Positions 18,714-28,639 of a stretch of DNA of 64,000 nt are shown here, in pieces; within the stretch, counting starts at the first letter, position 1; every line of letters starts with the position of its first letter. Under the pieces are notes generated by a model. That model was not told where the DNA came from, did no database searches, and worked only from the letters and a program-made list of their open reading frames with translations. Position numbers and translations under genes: made by a program. Source of the DNA: Alphaproteobacteria bacterium. Its GTDB lineage: Bacteria > Pseudomonadota > Alphaproteobacteria > JAAXGF01. Where the stretch lies: contig CAUVXB020000002.1 in the NCBI GenBank assembly GCA_963555825.3, forward strand, positions 896,001 to 960,000, in the 5' to 3' direction.

Positions 18714-20159
18714 TCATTCGGCCGCGACGGCGGGCGCATCGGCCGCCACCTTGCCCCGGATGTAGGCATCGATGCCGTCGGCGGCGTCGCGGCCGTCCTT
18801 GATCGCCCAGACGACGAGCGAGGCGCCGCGGATGATATCGCCAGCCGCGAAGACGCCATCGAGCGCGGTCGCCTTGGTCTTGCGGTCGATGCGCAGCGTG
18901 CCCCAGCGGGTCACCGCGAGCGCCGGTTCGTCGAACGCGGCGGGCAGGTCTTCGGGGTCGAAGCCGAGCGCCTTGATGGCGAGGTCGCAGGGCAGCGTGG
19001 CGCTCGTGTCGTGCACCGGCTGGGGTGCGGCGCGGCCATCGGCGTCGGGCGGGCCGAGCCGCATGCGCACCGTGCGCACCGCGCCGACCACGGTGTCGCC
19101 GAGCATCGCCTCGGGCGCGGTGAGCCAGACGAATTCGACGCCCTCTTCCTCGGCGTGGCTGACCTCGCGCATCGAGCCCGGCATGTTGGCTCGGTCGCGC
19201 CGGTAGAGACATTTGACCGACGTCGCCTCCTGCCGAACGGCGGTGCGCACGCAGTCCATCGCGGTGTCGCCGCCGCCGATCACCACGACATGCTTGCCGT
19301 CGGCGTCGAGCGCGCCCGACTCGAAGGCCGGCACGGCGTCGCCCAGGCCCTTGCGGTTGCTCGCGGTCAGGTATTCCATCGCCTGCACGAAGTTGCCCAG
19401 GCCCGAGCCGGGCATGGCGACGTCGCGCGCCCGGTAGACGCCGGTCGCGATCAATACGGCGTCGTGGCGTTCGCGCAACTCGGCGAGGCTCGCGTCGCGG
19501 CCGACTTCGAACTCGGTGTGATAGACGACGCCCGAATCTTCGATCAGTCGGGCACGCCGCGCGACGGCGTCCTTCTCGAGCTTGAAGTTGGGGATGCCGT
19601 AGATCAGCAAGCCGCCGATGCGGTCGTAGCGGTCGTAGAGCGCGACCTGGTGGCCCATGCGGCGCAGCCGGTCGGCGGCGGCGAGACCCGCCGGGCCGCC
19701 GCCGACGATGCCGACCGAAGTGGTGAGCTCGCGCCGTGGCCGCGCCGGCTTGACCCAGCCTTGCTGGAACGCGGTCTCGACGATGTAGTTCTCGACCGCG
19801 CCGATGGTGACGCCGCCGAAGCCCTTCTCGATGACGCAATTGCCTTCGCACAGCCGGTCCTGCGGGCAGATGCGGCCGCACACCTCAGGGAAGGTGTTGG
19901 TCGCGGCGGCGACCTCGTAGGCCTCCTCGAGCCGTCCCTGCGCGGTCAGCATGAGCCAATCGGGGATGTTGTTGTGCAGCGGGCAATGCACCTGGCAGAA
20001 GGGAATGCCGCACTGCGAGCAACGCGCCGCCTGCTCGGCGCCGTTGTCGGGGTCGAAATCACGATAGATCTCGCCGAAGTCGTCGCGCCGCTCGGCGACG
20101 GCGCGCTTCTCGGGCGTGTGCCGTTCGACCGACACGAATTTCAGCAGTTTCTCGGCCAT
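18714..20159 (-). CDS. gltD: Glutamate synthase small subunit
   Basis: RCSQCGIPFC, GRICPQDRLCEG, GGGPAG, GGGDTAMDC, RGASLVVWAI. Confidence 0.97.
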   Translation of the reverse strand: MAEKLLKFVSVERHTPEKRAVAERRDDFGEIYRDFDPDNGAEQAARCSQCGIPFCQVHCPLHNNIPDWLMLTAQGRLEEAYEVAAATNTFPEVCGRICPQDRLCEGNCVIEKGFGGVTIGAVENYIVETAFQQGWVKPARPRRELTTSVGIVGGGPAGLAAADRLRRMGHQVALYDRYDRIGGLLIYGIPNFKLEKDAVARRARLIEDSGVVYHTEFEVGRDASLAELRERHDAVLIATGVYRARDVAMPGSGLGNFVQAMEYLTASNRKGLGDAVPAFESGALDADGKHVVVIGGGDTAMDCVRTAVRQEATSVKCLYRRDRANMPGSMREVSHAEEEGVEFVWLTAPEAMLGDTVVGAVRTVRMRLGPPDADGRAAPQPVHDTSATLPCDLAIKALGFDPEDLPAAFDEPALAVTRWGTLRIDRKTKATALDGVFAAGDIIRGASLVVWAIKDGRDAADGIDAYIRGKVAADAPAVAAE

Positions 20160-20280
20160 CGTCCCCCCGACCGGGCGCGCCAATCATCACGCGGTGCATG
20201 CGCGATGGACGCTGCGGTTGTTGAATTTGGCCGCCAATTTACGACGAATGCGCCGGCTAAGCGAGGAAATAATGACATTT

Positions 20281-20299
20281 AGGTCAAATATATTGACCT
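20281..20299. promoter_or_regulatory. Palindromic operator candidate between divergent gltD and uppP
   Basis: AGGTCAA-ATATA-TTGACCT. Confidence 0.45.
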
Positions 20300-20458
20300 T
20301 AAATAAAGAAGGGATTCGTTGTTGCGACGCGTTCGCACGAACTCAAAGCGGATTGATCTATATTAGTACCGATTTGAGACTATCGTTAACGCAAGGTGAT
20401 CGTTGGCGTTCCGGCCGCCACCGTGTATCTTTCGCGCACCCGTCGTCACGAGGTCCGC

Positions 20459-21241
20459 GTGTCCTGGCTCCATCTCGTCGTCTTGGCCGTTGTCCAGGGC
20501 ATCACCGAATTCCTGCCGATCAGCTCGCAGGGTCATCTGGTCCTGGTGCCCGCCGTCACCGGCTGGCCCGACCAGGGGCTGGCGATCGACGTCGCGGTGC
20601 ATGTCGGCACGCTGGCTGCGGTGACGGTCTATTTTCGACGCGACCTGTGCCGCATGGTGGTCGGTATCGCGCGCCGTGACGACGGCGGCAAGCTGGCCCT
20701 CCAAATCGCCGTGGCGACCGTGCCGGTCGTGCTCGCCGGCATCGCGCTCTTCGCGTTCGGCGCCGAACGACTGCGCAGCATCGAGGTGATCGGCTGGGCG
20801 ATGCTCGGCTTCGGCGTGGCTCTTTACGCCGTCGACAGGGTGTGCCCGGCGCGGCGCCGCCTCGAGCAGATGACGCTCGGCCCCGCCGTGCTGATCGGCC
20901 TCGCGCAAGTCCTCGCCTTGATCCCCGGCACCAGCCGCTCGGGCATCACCATGACCGCGGCGCGCGCGCTCGGCTTCGAACGGCGCGAGGCCGCCCGCTT
21001 CTCGATGCTGATGTCGATTCCGGTGATCATCGCCGCCGGCACGCTGCAGGCCGTCGCGCTCTACGGTACGGGCGATGCCGTGCCGACGGGAAGCGCAGCG
21101 ATCGCCGCGGCGCTGGCCTTCGTCACGGCGCTCGGCGCTATCGGCTTCCTGATGCGCTGGCTGACACGCGCGAGCTTTACGCCGTTCGTCGCCTATCGGG
21201 TCGTGCTCGGCGTCGCCCTGCTCGTCTGGGCCTACGCCTGA
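20459..21241 (+). CDS. uppP: Undecaprenyl-diphosphate phosphatase
   Basis: VQGITEFLPISS-GH and ALIPGTSRSG. Confidence 0.96.
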   Translation: MSWLHLVVLAVVQGITEFLPISSQGHLVLVPAVTGWPDQGLAIDVAVHVGTLAAVTVYFRRDLCRMVVGIARRDDGGKLALQIAVATVPVVLAGIALFAFGAERLRSIEVIGWAMLGFGVALYAVDRVCPARRRLEQMTLGPAVLIGLAQVLALIPGTSRSGITMTAARALGFERREAARFSMLMSIPVIIAAGTLQAVALYGTGDAVPTGSAAIAAALAFVTALGAIGFLMRWLTRASFTPFVAYRVVLGVALLVWAYA

Positions 21242-21364
21242 GGCGCCGACCGCCGGTGCCGTTAGGCCAGCGTCCGCCAACCGCTCGCCCGGTGCCGTCG
21301 CGCGCCGCTTCCGCGGTTGACATCAACCGGGGCCAAGGCTACTTGACGTCTTCGCCGTGTGAGA

Positions 21365-21451
21365 GCCCAGGTGGCGGAATTGGCAGACGCGCTAGCTTCA
21401 GGTGCTAGTGACCTTTTGGTCGTGGAAGTTCGAGTCTTCTCCTGGGCACCA
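21365..21451 (+). tRNA. tRNA-Leu(CAG)
   Basis: GCCCAGG acceptor stem, anticodon arm CTAGC-TT-CAG-GT-GCTAG, long variable arm, GTTCGAG T-loop, encoded CCA; TTGACA-N17-TACTTG upstream (21317-21345). Confidence 0.97.
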
Positions 21452-21520
21452 CACGCCGGTTGGGCGCTGTAGCCGCGGCGCACACCGGCGCAACGCACCC
21501 GCCACGCGCACCGGAGTCCG

Positions 21521-22132
21521 ATGGCCAACTTTCTGCACAGGGGCGACCTGCCCGACGACGTCACGTTCGGCGCCTCCGTCGCCGTCGATTCCGAAACCAT
21601 GGGGCTCGATCCGCGGCGCGACCGGCTCTGTGTCGTGCAGCTTTCCGCCGGCGACGGCGACTGCCATCTCGTGCAGCTCGCACAAGGCGACTATGCGGCG
21701 CCCAACCTGAAGGCGCTGCTGACCGACGCGGACGTCACCAAGCTGTTCCATTTCGCGCGCTTCGACATCGCCGCGTTTCGCCACTATCTCGGCATCGTCT
21801 GCGCGCCAGTCTACTGCACCAAGATCGCCTCCAAGCTGGTGCGCACCTATACCGACCGCCACGGCCTCAAGGACCTGTGCCGCGACTTGCTTGGCGTCGA
21901 GCTGTCGAAACAGCAGCAGTCCTCGGACTGGGGCGCCGACGTGCTGAGCCCGGAGCAGCTCAGCTATGCCGCCTCGGATGTTCTCTATCTGCACCAGCTG
22001 CGCGAACGGCTCGACACGCTGGTGGCTCGCGAGGGGCGCGCCGAGATCGCCGCCGCCTGCTTCGCGTTTTTGCCGTGCCGCGCGGCGCTCGATCTGCTGG
22101 GCTGGGACGATCCCGACATCTTCCGTCATTGA
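21521..22132 (+). CDS. rnd: Ribonuclease D-like 3'-5' exonuclease
   Basis: AVDSETMGL, HFARFD, QQQSSDWG, YAASDV. Confidence 0.92.
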   Translation: MANFLHRGDLPDDVTFGASVAVDSETMGLDPRRDRLCVVQLSAGDGDCHLVQLAQGDYAAPNLKALLTDADVTKLFHFARFDIAAFRHYLGIVCAPVYCTKIASKLVRTYTDRHGLKDLCRDLLGVELSKQQQSSDWGADVLSPEQLSYAASDVLYLHQLRERLDTLVAREGRAEIAAACFAFLPCRAALDLLGWDDPDIFRH

Positions 22133-22253
22133 GTGTCCAACACGACACCGCGGACCGGCTCCTCGTGAATTCTATCCACGCGCGGTGTGCGATTGCGTTT
22201 CATGGATCGAGACCCCATACTTGTCTGCGTGCGGGCGAACAACGCGTCGCCTC

Positions 22254-22967
22254 ATGCACGACGTTGCGAAGCCGCCGTCTGGGCAATCCGGGTCCGGTGG
22301 TTGGTCACCGGCCGCAACCGATATGACAAGACCATCGATCGGCAGGACCATTAGACGTCGACAGCTCGCCGCGACCGGCGTGCGGTACAGCAATTTTGTC
22401 GGCTTGATGAAGGTGCTGTTGCCGACCGGCGCGGCGGCGCTGACCGCATTGGTCGTCGCGTGGCCCTTGCTCACCGGCCGCGACGAGGGTGTGCTGATCT
22501 CGTTTGCCAACGTCGAGTTCAGCGGGCCCGAAACGCCGCTGATGAGCAACGCGCGCTATTTCGCGACGGACGAGCGCGATCGACCGTTCAGCGTCACCGC
22601 CGACACCGTGACACAGGCGGCCGAGGACGAGGACACGGTCCACTTCACCGCGCCGAAGGCCGATATGCTGCTCGACAGCGGCGCCTGGGTCGCGCTGACC
22701 GCCGATCGCGGGACACTGCACCGCGCAACCAACACCATGATACTCGACGGCGCCGTGAACATCTTTTCCGACGAGGGTTACGAGTTCCGTACCGAGCACG
22801 CCGAAATCGATATCGACGCCAACACCGCCTGGGGCGATCAGCCGATCGAGGGCCAGGGGCCGCTTGGCACGCTCAACGCCGACACCTTCCGCCTCGACAA
22901 CGCGGCGGGCCGGTTATTGTTCGAGGGTCGCGTGCGCATGATTATTTACCCGAACGTGGAGTCGTGA
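22254..22967 (+). CDS. lptC: LPS export protein LptC (start uncertain)
   Basis: YS-FV-LMK-LLP transmembrane segment, beta-jellyroll pattern, position before lptA. Confidence 0.85.
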   Translation: MHDVAKPPSGQSGSGGWSPAATDMTRPSIGRTIRRRQLAATGVRYSNFVGLMKVLLPTGAAALTALVVAWPLLTGRDEGVLISFANVEFSGPETPLMSNARYFATDERDRPFSVTADTVTQAAEDEDTVHFTAPKADMLLDSGAWVALTADRGTLHRATNTMILDGAVNIFSDEGYEFRTEHAEIDIDANTAWGDQPIEGQGPLGTLNADTFRLDNAAGRLLFEGRVRMIIYPNVES

Positions 22968-22968
22968 C

Positions 22969-23517
22969 GTGAGCTTCGCCATGACATGCCACCGCCGCCG
23001 CGCGATCTTTGCCATCGGCTTGCTGGCTGCCGTATCGACCATCGGCGCGTCGGCATTCGGCCAGCTCGAACTCGGCGGCGGCCATGACGCCAACCAACCG
23101 ATCGAGATCACCGCCGATTCGCTCGAGGTGCAGCAGGAAAATCAGCTGGCGATATTCCGCGGCACGGTCGACGCCGTGCAGGGCGAGATGAACCTGCGCG
23201 CCGACGTCCTCGTCGTGCATTACCGGCCGCGCGAGGACAATCAGAATTCGATCTCGCTGATCGAGGCCGAGGGCAACGTGTTCGTGTCATCGCCCAACGA
23301 GATGGCGCAGGGCGACCGCGGCACCTACCACGTCGATGCCCAGCGCGTCGAGTTGGACGGCTCGGTCGTCTTGACCCAAGGCGAGAACGTCATCCGCGGC
23401 GACCATTTGGAGTTGAACCTGGCGACCGGTCAGAGCAAGATGGCGAGTGCGGCATCGGCGGACGGCGGCAAGCAGCGCGTCAAGGCCATATTCGTGCCCG
23501 AGTCGGAGCCGCAGTAG
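22969..23517 (+). CDS. lptA: LPS transport periplasmic protein LptA
   Basis: Signal peptide; PIEITADSL, A-F-G-V-AVQG, VVLTQG-N. Confidence 0.9.
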   Translation: MSFAMTCHRRRAIFAIGLLAAVSTIGASAFGQLELGGGHDANQPIEITADSLEVQQENQLAIFRGTVDAVQGEMNLRADVLVVHYRPREDNQNSISLIEAEGNVFVSSPNEMAQGDRGTYHVDAQRVELDGSVVLTQGENVIRGDHLELNLATGQSKMASAASADGGKQRVKAIFVPESEPQ

Positions 23518-23550
23518 TCGAGGCCAGAGTAACAACGTGCCAGGGTCCAG

Positions 23551-24351
23551 GTGAGCGACACAACGAATTCAGGCGAGCCATCGCCAGAGGCCGAACCGGC
23601 CGACGCCGCACCGCGGCTGGTCACCGCCAACAGCGGTCTTCGCGCCGAAAATCTGGGCAAACAGTACCGCTCGCGCCCTGTGCTGCGCGACGTCAACCTC
23701 TCGCTGCAGCGTGGCGAGGCGGTCGGTCTCCTGGGCCCCAACGGCGCTGGCAAGACGACCTGCTTCTACCTGATCACCGGCCTGATCACGCCCGATTACG
23801 GCGCCATTTCGCTCGATGGCCAAGACATCACCGAGCTGCCGATGTACCGTCGTTCGCGCCTCGGCATCGGCTACCTGCCACAGGAGGCGTCGATATTCCG
23901 CGGCCTTTCGGTCGAGAACAACATCCGCGCCGTGCTCGAGATCGTCGAACCGGTCCACGAGCGGCGCGAGGCGATGCTCGACGATCTCCTGGCCGAATTT
24001 TCGATCAGCCACCTCAGGCGCACGCCGTCGCTCGCGCTGTCGGGCGGTGAGCGGCGCCGCGTCGAAATTGCCCGCGCGCTCGCATCGCAGCCGAGCTTCA
24101 TGCTGCTCGACGAGCCACTAGCTGGCATCGACCCGATCGCGGTCGGTGAAATCCGCAACCTGGTCTCGCACCTCAAAGACCGCGGCATCGGCGTCCTGAT
24201 CACCGACCACAACGTGCGCGAGACGCTCGACATCGTCGACCGCGCCTACATCCTTCACGAAGGCATGGTGCTGATGGAGGGCGCGCCGACCGAGATCGTT
24301 GCCCACAAGGATGTCCGTCGGGTCTACCTGGGCGACCGCTTCAGCCTTTAG
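23551..24351 (+). CDS. lptB: LPS export ABC transporter ATPase
   Basis: GPNGAGKTT, YLPQEASIF, LSGGERRR, ITDHNVRETL. Confidence 0.97.
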   Translation: MSDTTNSGEPSPEAEPADAAPRLVTANSGLRAENLGKQYRSRPVLRDVNLSLQRGEAVGLLGPNGAGKTTCFYLITGLITPDYGAISLDGQDITELPMYRRSRLGIGYLPQEASIFRGLSVENNIRAVLEIVEPVHERREAMLDDLLAEFSISHLRRTPSLALSGGERRRVEIARALASQPSFMLLDEPLAGIDPIAVGEIRNLVSHLKDRGIGVLITDHNVRETLDIVDRAYILHEGMVLMEGAPTEIVAHKDVRRVYLGDRFSL

Positions 24352-24361
24352 AGGTTCCGGC

Positions 24362-25675
24362 ATGGCGACCGGTGTGCGTCTCGGCCTGCGCCAGAGCCAG
24401 AGCCAGACCCTGGCACTGACGCCACAGCTCAAACAGGCGATCAAACTTCTCCAGCTGTCGAGCCTCGAACTCTCGGCTTATGTTGCCGAGGCGTTGGATC
24501 AAAACCCTCTGCTCGAACGCGATGGGCCGATCGATGCCGGTCGCCGGCCGGACAGCGGCGACGCCATCGACCGGACGCCGGCGCCCGACGCGAGCCTGAC
24601 CGATCACCTGCGCGGCCAGCTCGCCTTCGCGGTGCTCGGCGCCGGTGAACGGGCGATTGGCGCCCGGCTGATCGAAGCGCTCGACGAGGCCGGCTATTTG
24701 ACCGAAGACCCGGCGTCGCTCGCCGCGCCGCTCGGCTGCGGCGTCGCGGATATCGAGGCGGTGATGGTCACGCTAAGGCGCTTCGATCCGCCCGGCGTGT
24801 TCGCGCGCGACCTCGCCGACTGCCTGGCGCTGCAGCTCGCCGAGGCCGGCAAACTCGACGCGCCGATGGCCGCGCTACTCGACAATCTCGACTTGGTCGC
24901 CACGCATCGCAGCGACGCGCTTTGCCGGCGCTGCGCCGTCGACGCCGCGCGCCTTGCCGACATGCTCGATGAATTGCGCGCGCTCGACCCCAAACCGGGC
25001 CGCGCCTTCGAAGCGACCGAAGTGTTGGCGATCCGGCCCGACGTGCTGGTGACGCGCGATGGGCGCGGCGGCTGGCGGGTCGAACCCAACGGCGATGCGC
25101 TGCCCCGCCTCCTGGTCAACCGCCGCTACCAAGCCATGGTCAAGCGCCAGGCCAGGACGCGCGACGACAAGACCTATCTCCGCGAGCGGCTGAGCGCGGC
25201 CAACTGGCTGGTGCGCACGCTCGACCAGCGCGCCGACACGATCGAGCGCATCGCCACCGAGATCGTCGGCCGACAGGCGGCGTTTTTCGAGCATGGCGTC
25301 GAGCGTCTCGCGCCCCTGGTGCTGCGCGACGTCGCGGCGGCGCTCGACGTCCACGAGAGCACGGTGAGCCGCGCCACCGCAAACAAATATATGGCGACGC
25401 CGCGCGGCACGCTGGCCATGCGCTTCTTCTTCACCTCGGGCCTCGCCGCCGTCGACGGCGCGCCCAAGGCGGTTTCGTCGGCCGCCGCGCGCCATCACAT
25501 CAAGGCGGCGGTCGAGGGCGAGACTGCCGGCGATATTCTGTCCGACGACCGCCTCGTTGGTCATTTACGCAGCAAAGGAATCGACATCGCCCGGCGCACC
25601 GTGGCAAAATACCGGGACGCGATGCACATTCCGTCGTCGACGGTTCGGCGACGCATGAAGAAACCATTACGTTAA
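24362..25675 (+). CDS. rpoN: RNA polymerase sigma-54 factor
   Basis: LTPQLKQAIKLLQL, HESTVSR, RpoN box ARRTVAKYR; region II very short. Confidence 0.93.
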   Translation: MATGVRLGLRQSQSQTLALTPQLKQAIKLLQLSSLELSAYVAEALDQNPLLERDGPIDAGRRPDSGDAIDRTPAPDASLTDHLRGQLAFAVLGAGERAIGARLIEALDEAGYLTEDPASLAAPLGCGVADIEAVMVTLRRFDPPGVFARDLADCLALQLAEAGKLDAPMAALLDNLDLVATHRSDALCRRCAVDAARLADMLDELRALDPKPGRAFEATEVLAIRPDVLVTRDGRGGWRVEPNGDALPRLLVNRRYQAMVKRQARTRDDKTYLRERLSAANWLVRTLDQRADTIERIATEIVGRQAAFFEHGVERLAPLVLRDVAAALDVHESTVSRATANKYMATPRGTLAMRFFFTSGLAAVDGAPKAVSSAAARHHIKAAVEGETAGDILSDDRLVGHLRSKGIDIARRTVAKYRDAMHIPSSTVRRRMKKPLR

Positions 25676-25845
25676 GCGGTCGGAACGGTTGACCGACCGT
25701 ATTGTGCGGTGCAGTACGCGCTATTGACTCGCGGTGACGTCGGGAACTATGTTCCTCGCCTTTCGCGGCGGGCGTGCTGAGCCCCAATCCTTGTAATCGG
25801 CGTAGGTTCGACGATCGAGCCGTCAGTGATTGGAATTCCGTTGGC

Positions 25846-26178
25846 ATGCAAATAACCGTTACCGGTCATCAAATCGATGTCGGCAGGGCACTGCACGATC
25901 ACGTGCAGGAGCGGCTCGGCGACGGCGTCGACAAGTATTTTGACGATGCGATCGAGGGCCACGTCGCGTTCTCGCGCGAGGGCCCCAAGTTTCGCACCCA
26001 TATCAAGGTTCACGTCGGCAGGGGCATGGCGTGGGAAGGCCAGGCCGACCACGCCGACATCCACGTCAGCTTCAACGAAGCGGTGGCACATATCGAAAAA
26101 CAGCTGAGACGGCACAAGCGCAAACGGCGCGACCACGCGCGTGGTCGCGAGGCCGCCGCCGGTCTCGGCGGGGAATGA
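25846..26178 (+). CDS. hpf: Ribosome hibernation factor, short form (110 aa)
   Basis: MQITVTGHQIDVG...IEKQLRRHK; lies between rpoN and ptsN. Confidence 0.9.
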   Translation: MQITVTGHQIDVGRALHDHVQERLGDGVDKYFDDAIEGHVAFSREGPKFRTHIKVHVGRGMAWEGQADHADIHVSFNEAVAHIEKQLRRHKRKRRDHARGREAAAGLGGE

Positions 26179-26193
26179 GAGCGGAAACACGCC

Positions 26194-26658
26194 ATGGAAA
26201 TCGTTGATCTTGTCGCGCCCGAGGGCGTCGTCGCCAAACTCAAGGCGACCAGCAAGAAACAGGCCCTTCAGGTGCTGGCGCAGCGCGCCGCGAAGATCGT
26301 CGGGCTGCATGAGCGGGCGATCTTCGGCACGCTCTTGGAGCGCGAGCGCCTGGGCACCACGGGCGTCGGTGTCGGCATCGCCATCCCGCACGGCAAGCTG
26401 ACCGATCTCGACCGCCTGCATGGCTTGTTCGCGCGGCTCGATACGCCGATCGACTTCGACGCCATCGACGATCAGCCGGTCGATCTGATCTTTCTTCTGC
26501 TGGCGCCCGAATCGGCCGGCGCCGAACATCTCAAGGCGCTCGCCCGCGTCTCGCGCCTGCTGCGCGACAAGCAGTTGTGCGACAAATTGCGCGGCACCGA
26601 CAACGCCGAGGCGCTCTACGCACTGTTGACCGAACAGTCGGCGAGCCACGCGGCCTGA
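26194..26658 (+). CDS. ptsN: PTS IIA nitrogen-regulatory protein
   Basis: RERLGTTG-G-GIAIPHG, FDAID-QPVDL, HLKALA. Confidence 0.96.
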   Translation: MEIVDLVAPEGVVAKLKATSKKQALQVLAQRAAKIVGLHERAIFGTLLERERLGTTGVGVGIAIPHGKLTDLDRLHGLFARLDTPIDFDAIDDQPVDLIFLLLAPESAGAEHLKALARVSRLLRDKQLCDKLRGTDNAEALYALLTEQSASHAA

Positions 26659-26719
26659 GCCGCGATGGCGCGCGCCGCGCGCCGCGATTGACAGCGCCCC
26701 GAGCGCATTCCACCCTATA

Positions 26720-26982
26720 TACCTAGGATCAATGATAAAGACCCCTAGAGACGGCTTCCCGTGGTTTTCGGCTAGGCGTGCCCGTCGCGGCGATGCCTTG
26801 GCATCGCAAGATGGGGGCAACGACGACCGAGAGCCTCGGCAAGCCGCCCTTCGGGTCGCGGCCGCTTATCGCCGGAGGGCGTCAGGAAGACTAGCCGATG
26901 CGCTGCATCGCCTGCGGCTCCCTTGCCTCACCGGCGAAAAGCGGACGCGATCTCTAGGGGCCTTTATCACTGATCCTTGGTA
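26720..26982 (+). mobile_element. MITE family A, copy A1 (short form, 263 bp)
   Basis: 32-bp TIR TACC(T/A)AGGATCA(A/G)TGATAAAG(A/G)CCCCTAGAGA; hairpin-rich interior; no transposase. Confidence 0.88.
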
Positions 26983-26989
26983 TTACGCG

Positions 26990-27442
26990 ATGGACCAACA
27001 AGTCCACGGCACCTGTGTTGCGATCGATGGCGCCGGCGTGCTGTTGCGCGGGCCGTCGGGCTGCGGCAAGTCGGATCTGGCGCTGCGCCTGATCGACGGC
27101 GGCGCCGTACTGGTTGCCGACGACCGCGTGTCGCTCGAGGCCCGGGCGGGCGATCTGGTGGCCAGTGTCCCCGATGCGCTCGCCGGCCTCCTCGAGGTGC
27201 GCGGCGTCGGCATCGAGCGGCTCGATGCCGCCGCGCGAGCCACCCTGCGTCTCGTCGTCGACCTCGTCGCGCGCGAGACGGTCGAGCGGTTGCCCGAGCC
27301 GGCGGTCGCCGAGCTCTGCGGCGTCGCAGTGCCGCTCATGCGGCTCGATCCCTTCGAAGCCTCGGCGCCGGCCAAGCTGCGCCTTGCCGTCAAGGCCGGG
27401 TGCCACGGTATAATTCCAAGGATCAGTGATAAAGACGCATAG
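26990..27442 (+). CDS. hprK: HPr kinase/phosphorylase, short alphaproteobacterial type; C-terminus derived from MITE A2
   Basis: VHGTCV, GPSGCGKSDLAL, LVADD, GLLEVRGVGI. Confidence 0.9.
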   Translation: MDQQVHGTCVAIDGAGVLLRGPSGCGKSDLALRLIDGGAVLVADDRVSLEARAGDLVASVPDALAGLLEVRGVGIERLDAAARATLRLVVDLVARETVERLPEPAVAELCGVAVPLMRLDPFEASAPAKLRLAVKAGCHGIIPRISDKDA

Positions 27443-27711
27443 AGATCGCGTCCGCTTTTCGCCGGTGAGGCAAGGGAGCCGCAGGCGATGCAGCGCATCG
27501 GCTAGGCAACCTGGCGCCCGCCGGCGATAAGCGGCCGCGACCCGAAGGGCGGCTTGCCGAGGCTCTCGCCCGCTATCAGACTGGCGGACGTCGTTGCGCC
27601 CGCCTTGCGATGCCCCTCCTATTGCCATACATGGGCATCGCGGCGGCGGGCGCGCCTAGCCGAGAACCACGGCAAGCCGTCTCTATGGGTCTTTATCACT
27701 GGTCCTTGGTA
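27414..27711 (-). mobile_element. MITE family A, copy A2 (long form, 298 bp, inverted relative to A1)
   Basis: Same TIR family; interior is the reverse complement of A1/A3. Confidence 0.88.
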
Positions 27712-27721
27712 TAGTGCACCG

Positions 27722-28621
27722 ATGAGCGTCCCGGACCGATCCAAGCGCGCCGCCCGGCGCCGCACCCGCCTGGTGTTGGTAACCGGCATGTCGGGGGCGG
27801 GTAAGTCGACTGTGCTGAAGGCCTTCGAAGACATCGGCTATGAGGCCGTCGACAACCCGCCGCTGCCACTGCTGGCCAGCCTGGTGGGTCCCGACGCGGC
27901 GCGCGGCGCCGCGCTCGCCGTGGACATCGACGTGCGCACGCGCGACTTCTCGGCCGACGCCCTGCGCGACGCGGTGGCGCCGATCTTCGCGCGCGACGAC
28001 GTCGACGCGCGGCTCTTGTTCGTCGATTGCGAGGACGAGGTGCTGCGCCGCCGCTTCACCGAGACGCGACGCCGTCACCCGCTCGCCGACGACCGGCCGG
28101 TGATCGACGGCATCCGCCGCGAGCGCGGGCTGATCGAGGGCCTGCGCGCCAACGCCGACCTGACGCTCGACACCACCGAGCTCGGCGTCGCCGAGCTCAG
28201 GCGCCTCGTCGCCGGCCATTTCGCACTCGACGACCGGCCGACGCTGACCATCTCGGTGATGTCGTTTTCCTTTGCGCAAGGCTTGCCGCGCGAGGCCGAC
28301 CTGGTGTTCGACGTCCGCTTTCTGGCCAACCCGCACTACGTCGACGATCTCCGGCCGCTCACCGGGCGCGACGCGGCGGTCGGCGCCTATATCGCCCAGG
28401 ATCCGGGCTACCAACCCTTCTTCGACAGCCTGACCGCGATGCTCGTGCCGCTCTTGCCGCGCTTCGAGGGCGAGGGTAAGAGCTACCTGACGATCGCCGT
28501 CGGCTGCACCGGCGGACGGCACCGCTCGGTCTTTGTCGCCGAGCGCATCGCCGAGCTGCTCGGCGCCGCGGGACGCCCGTGCCAACCGCGCCACCGCGAC
28601 CTGGCGCGCGATCCGGGTTAA
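27722..28621 (+). CDS. rapZ: RNase adapter RapZ
   Basis: GMSGAGKS, ETRRRHP, FDVRFL-NP, GCTGGRHRSV. Confidence 0.95.
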   Translation: MSVPDRSKRAARRRTRLVLVTGMSGAGKSTVLKAFEDIGYEAVDNPPLPLLASLVGPDAARGAALAVDIDVRTRDFSADALRDAVAPIFARDDVDARLLFVDCEDEVLRRRFTETRRRHPLADDRPVIDGIRRERGLIEGLRANADLTLDTTELGVAELRRLVAGHFALDDRPTLTISVMSFSFAQGLPREADLVFDVRFLANPHYVDDLRPLTGRDAAVGAYIAQDPGYQPFFDSLTAMLVPLLPRFEGEGKSYLTIAVGCTGGRHRSVFVAERIAELLGAAGRPCQPRHRDLARDPG

Positions 28622-28639
28622 TGCCGAGGATTCTTGGTA
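28622..28639. repeat. Collapsed MITE-A footprint (two TIR tips fused)
   Basis: TAA-[TGCCGAGGA-TTCTTGGTA]-TAA compared with MITE-A tips TACCAAGGA and TCCTTGGTA. Confidence 0.6.

Noticed and set aside
18703-19881. 1906-aa extended GltB or GltD-GltB fusion
   Set aside because: The extension is an alternative open frame over gltD in high-GC DNA; gltD has its own stop and gltB homology starts at 18702.
21365-21520. Genomic island integrated at tRNA-Leu
   Set aside because: No integrase and no duplicated tRNA 3' end seen; rnd follows directly.
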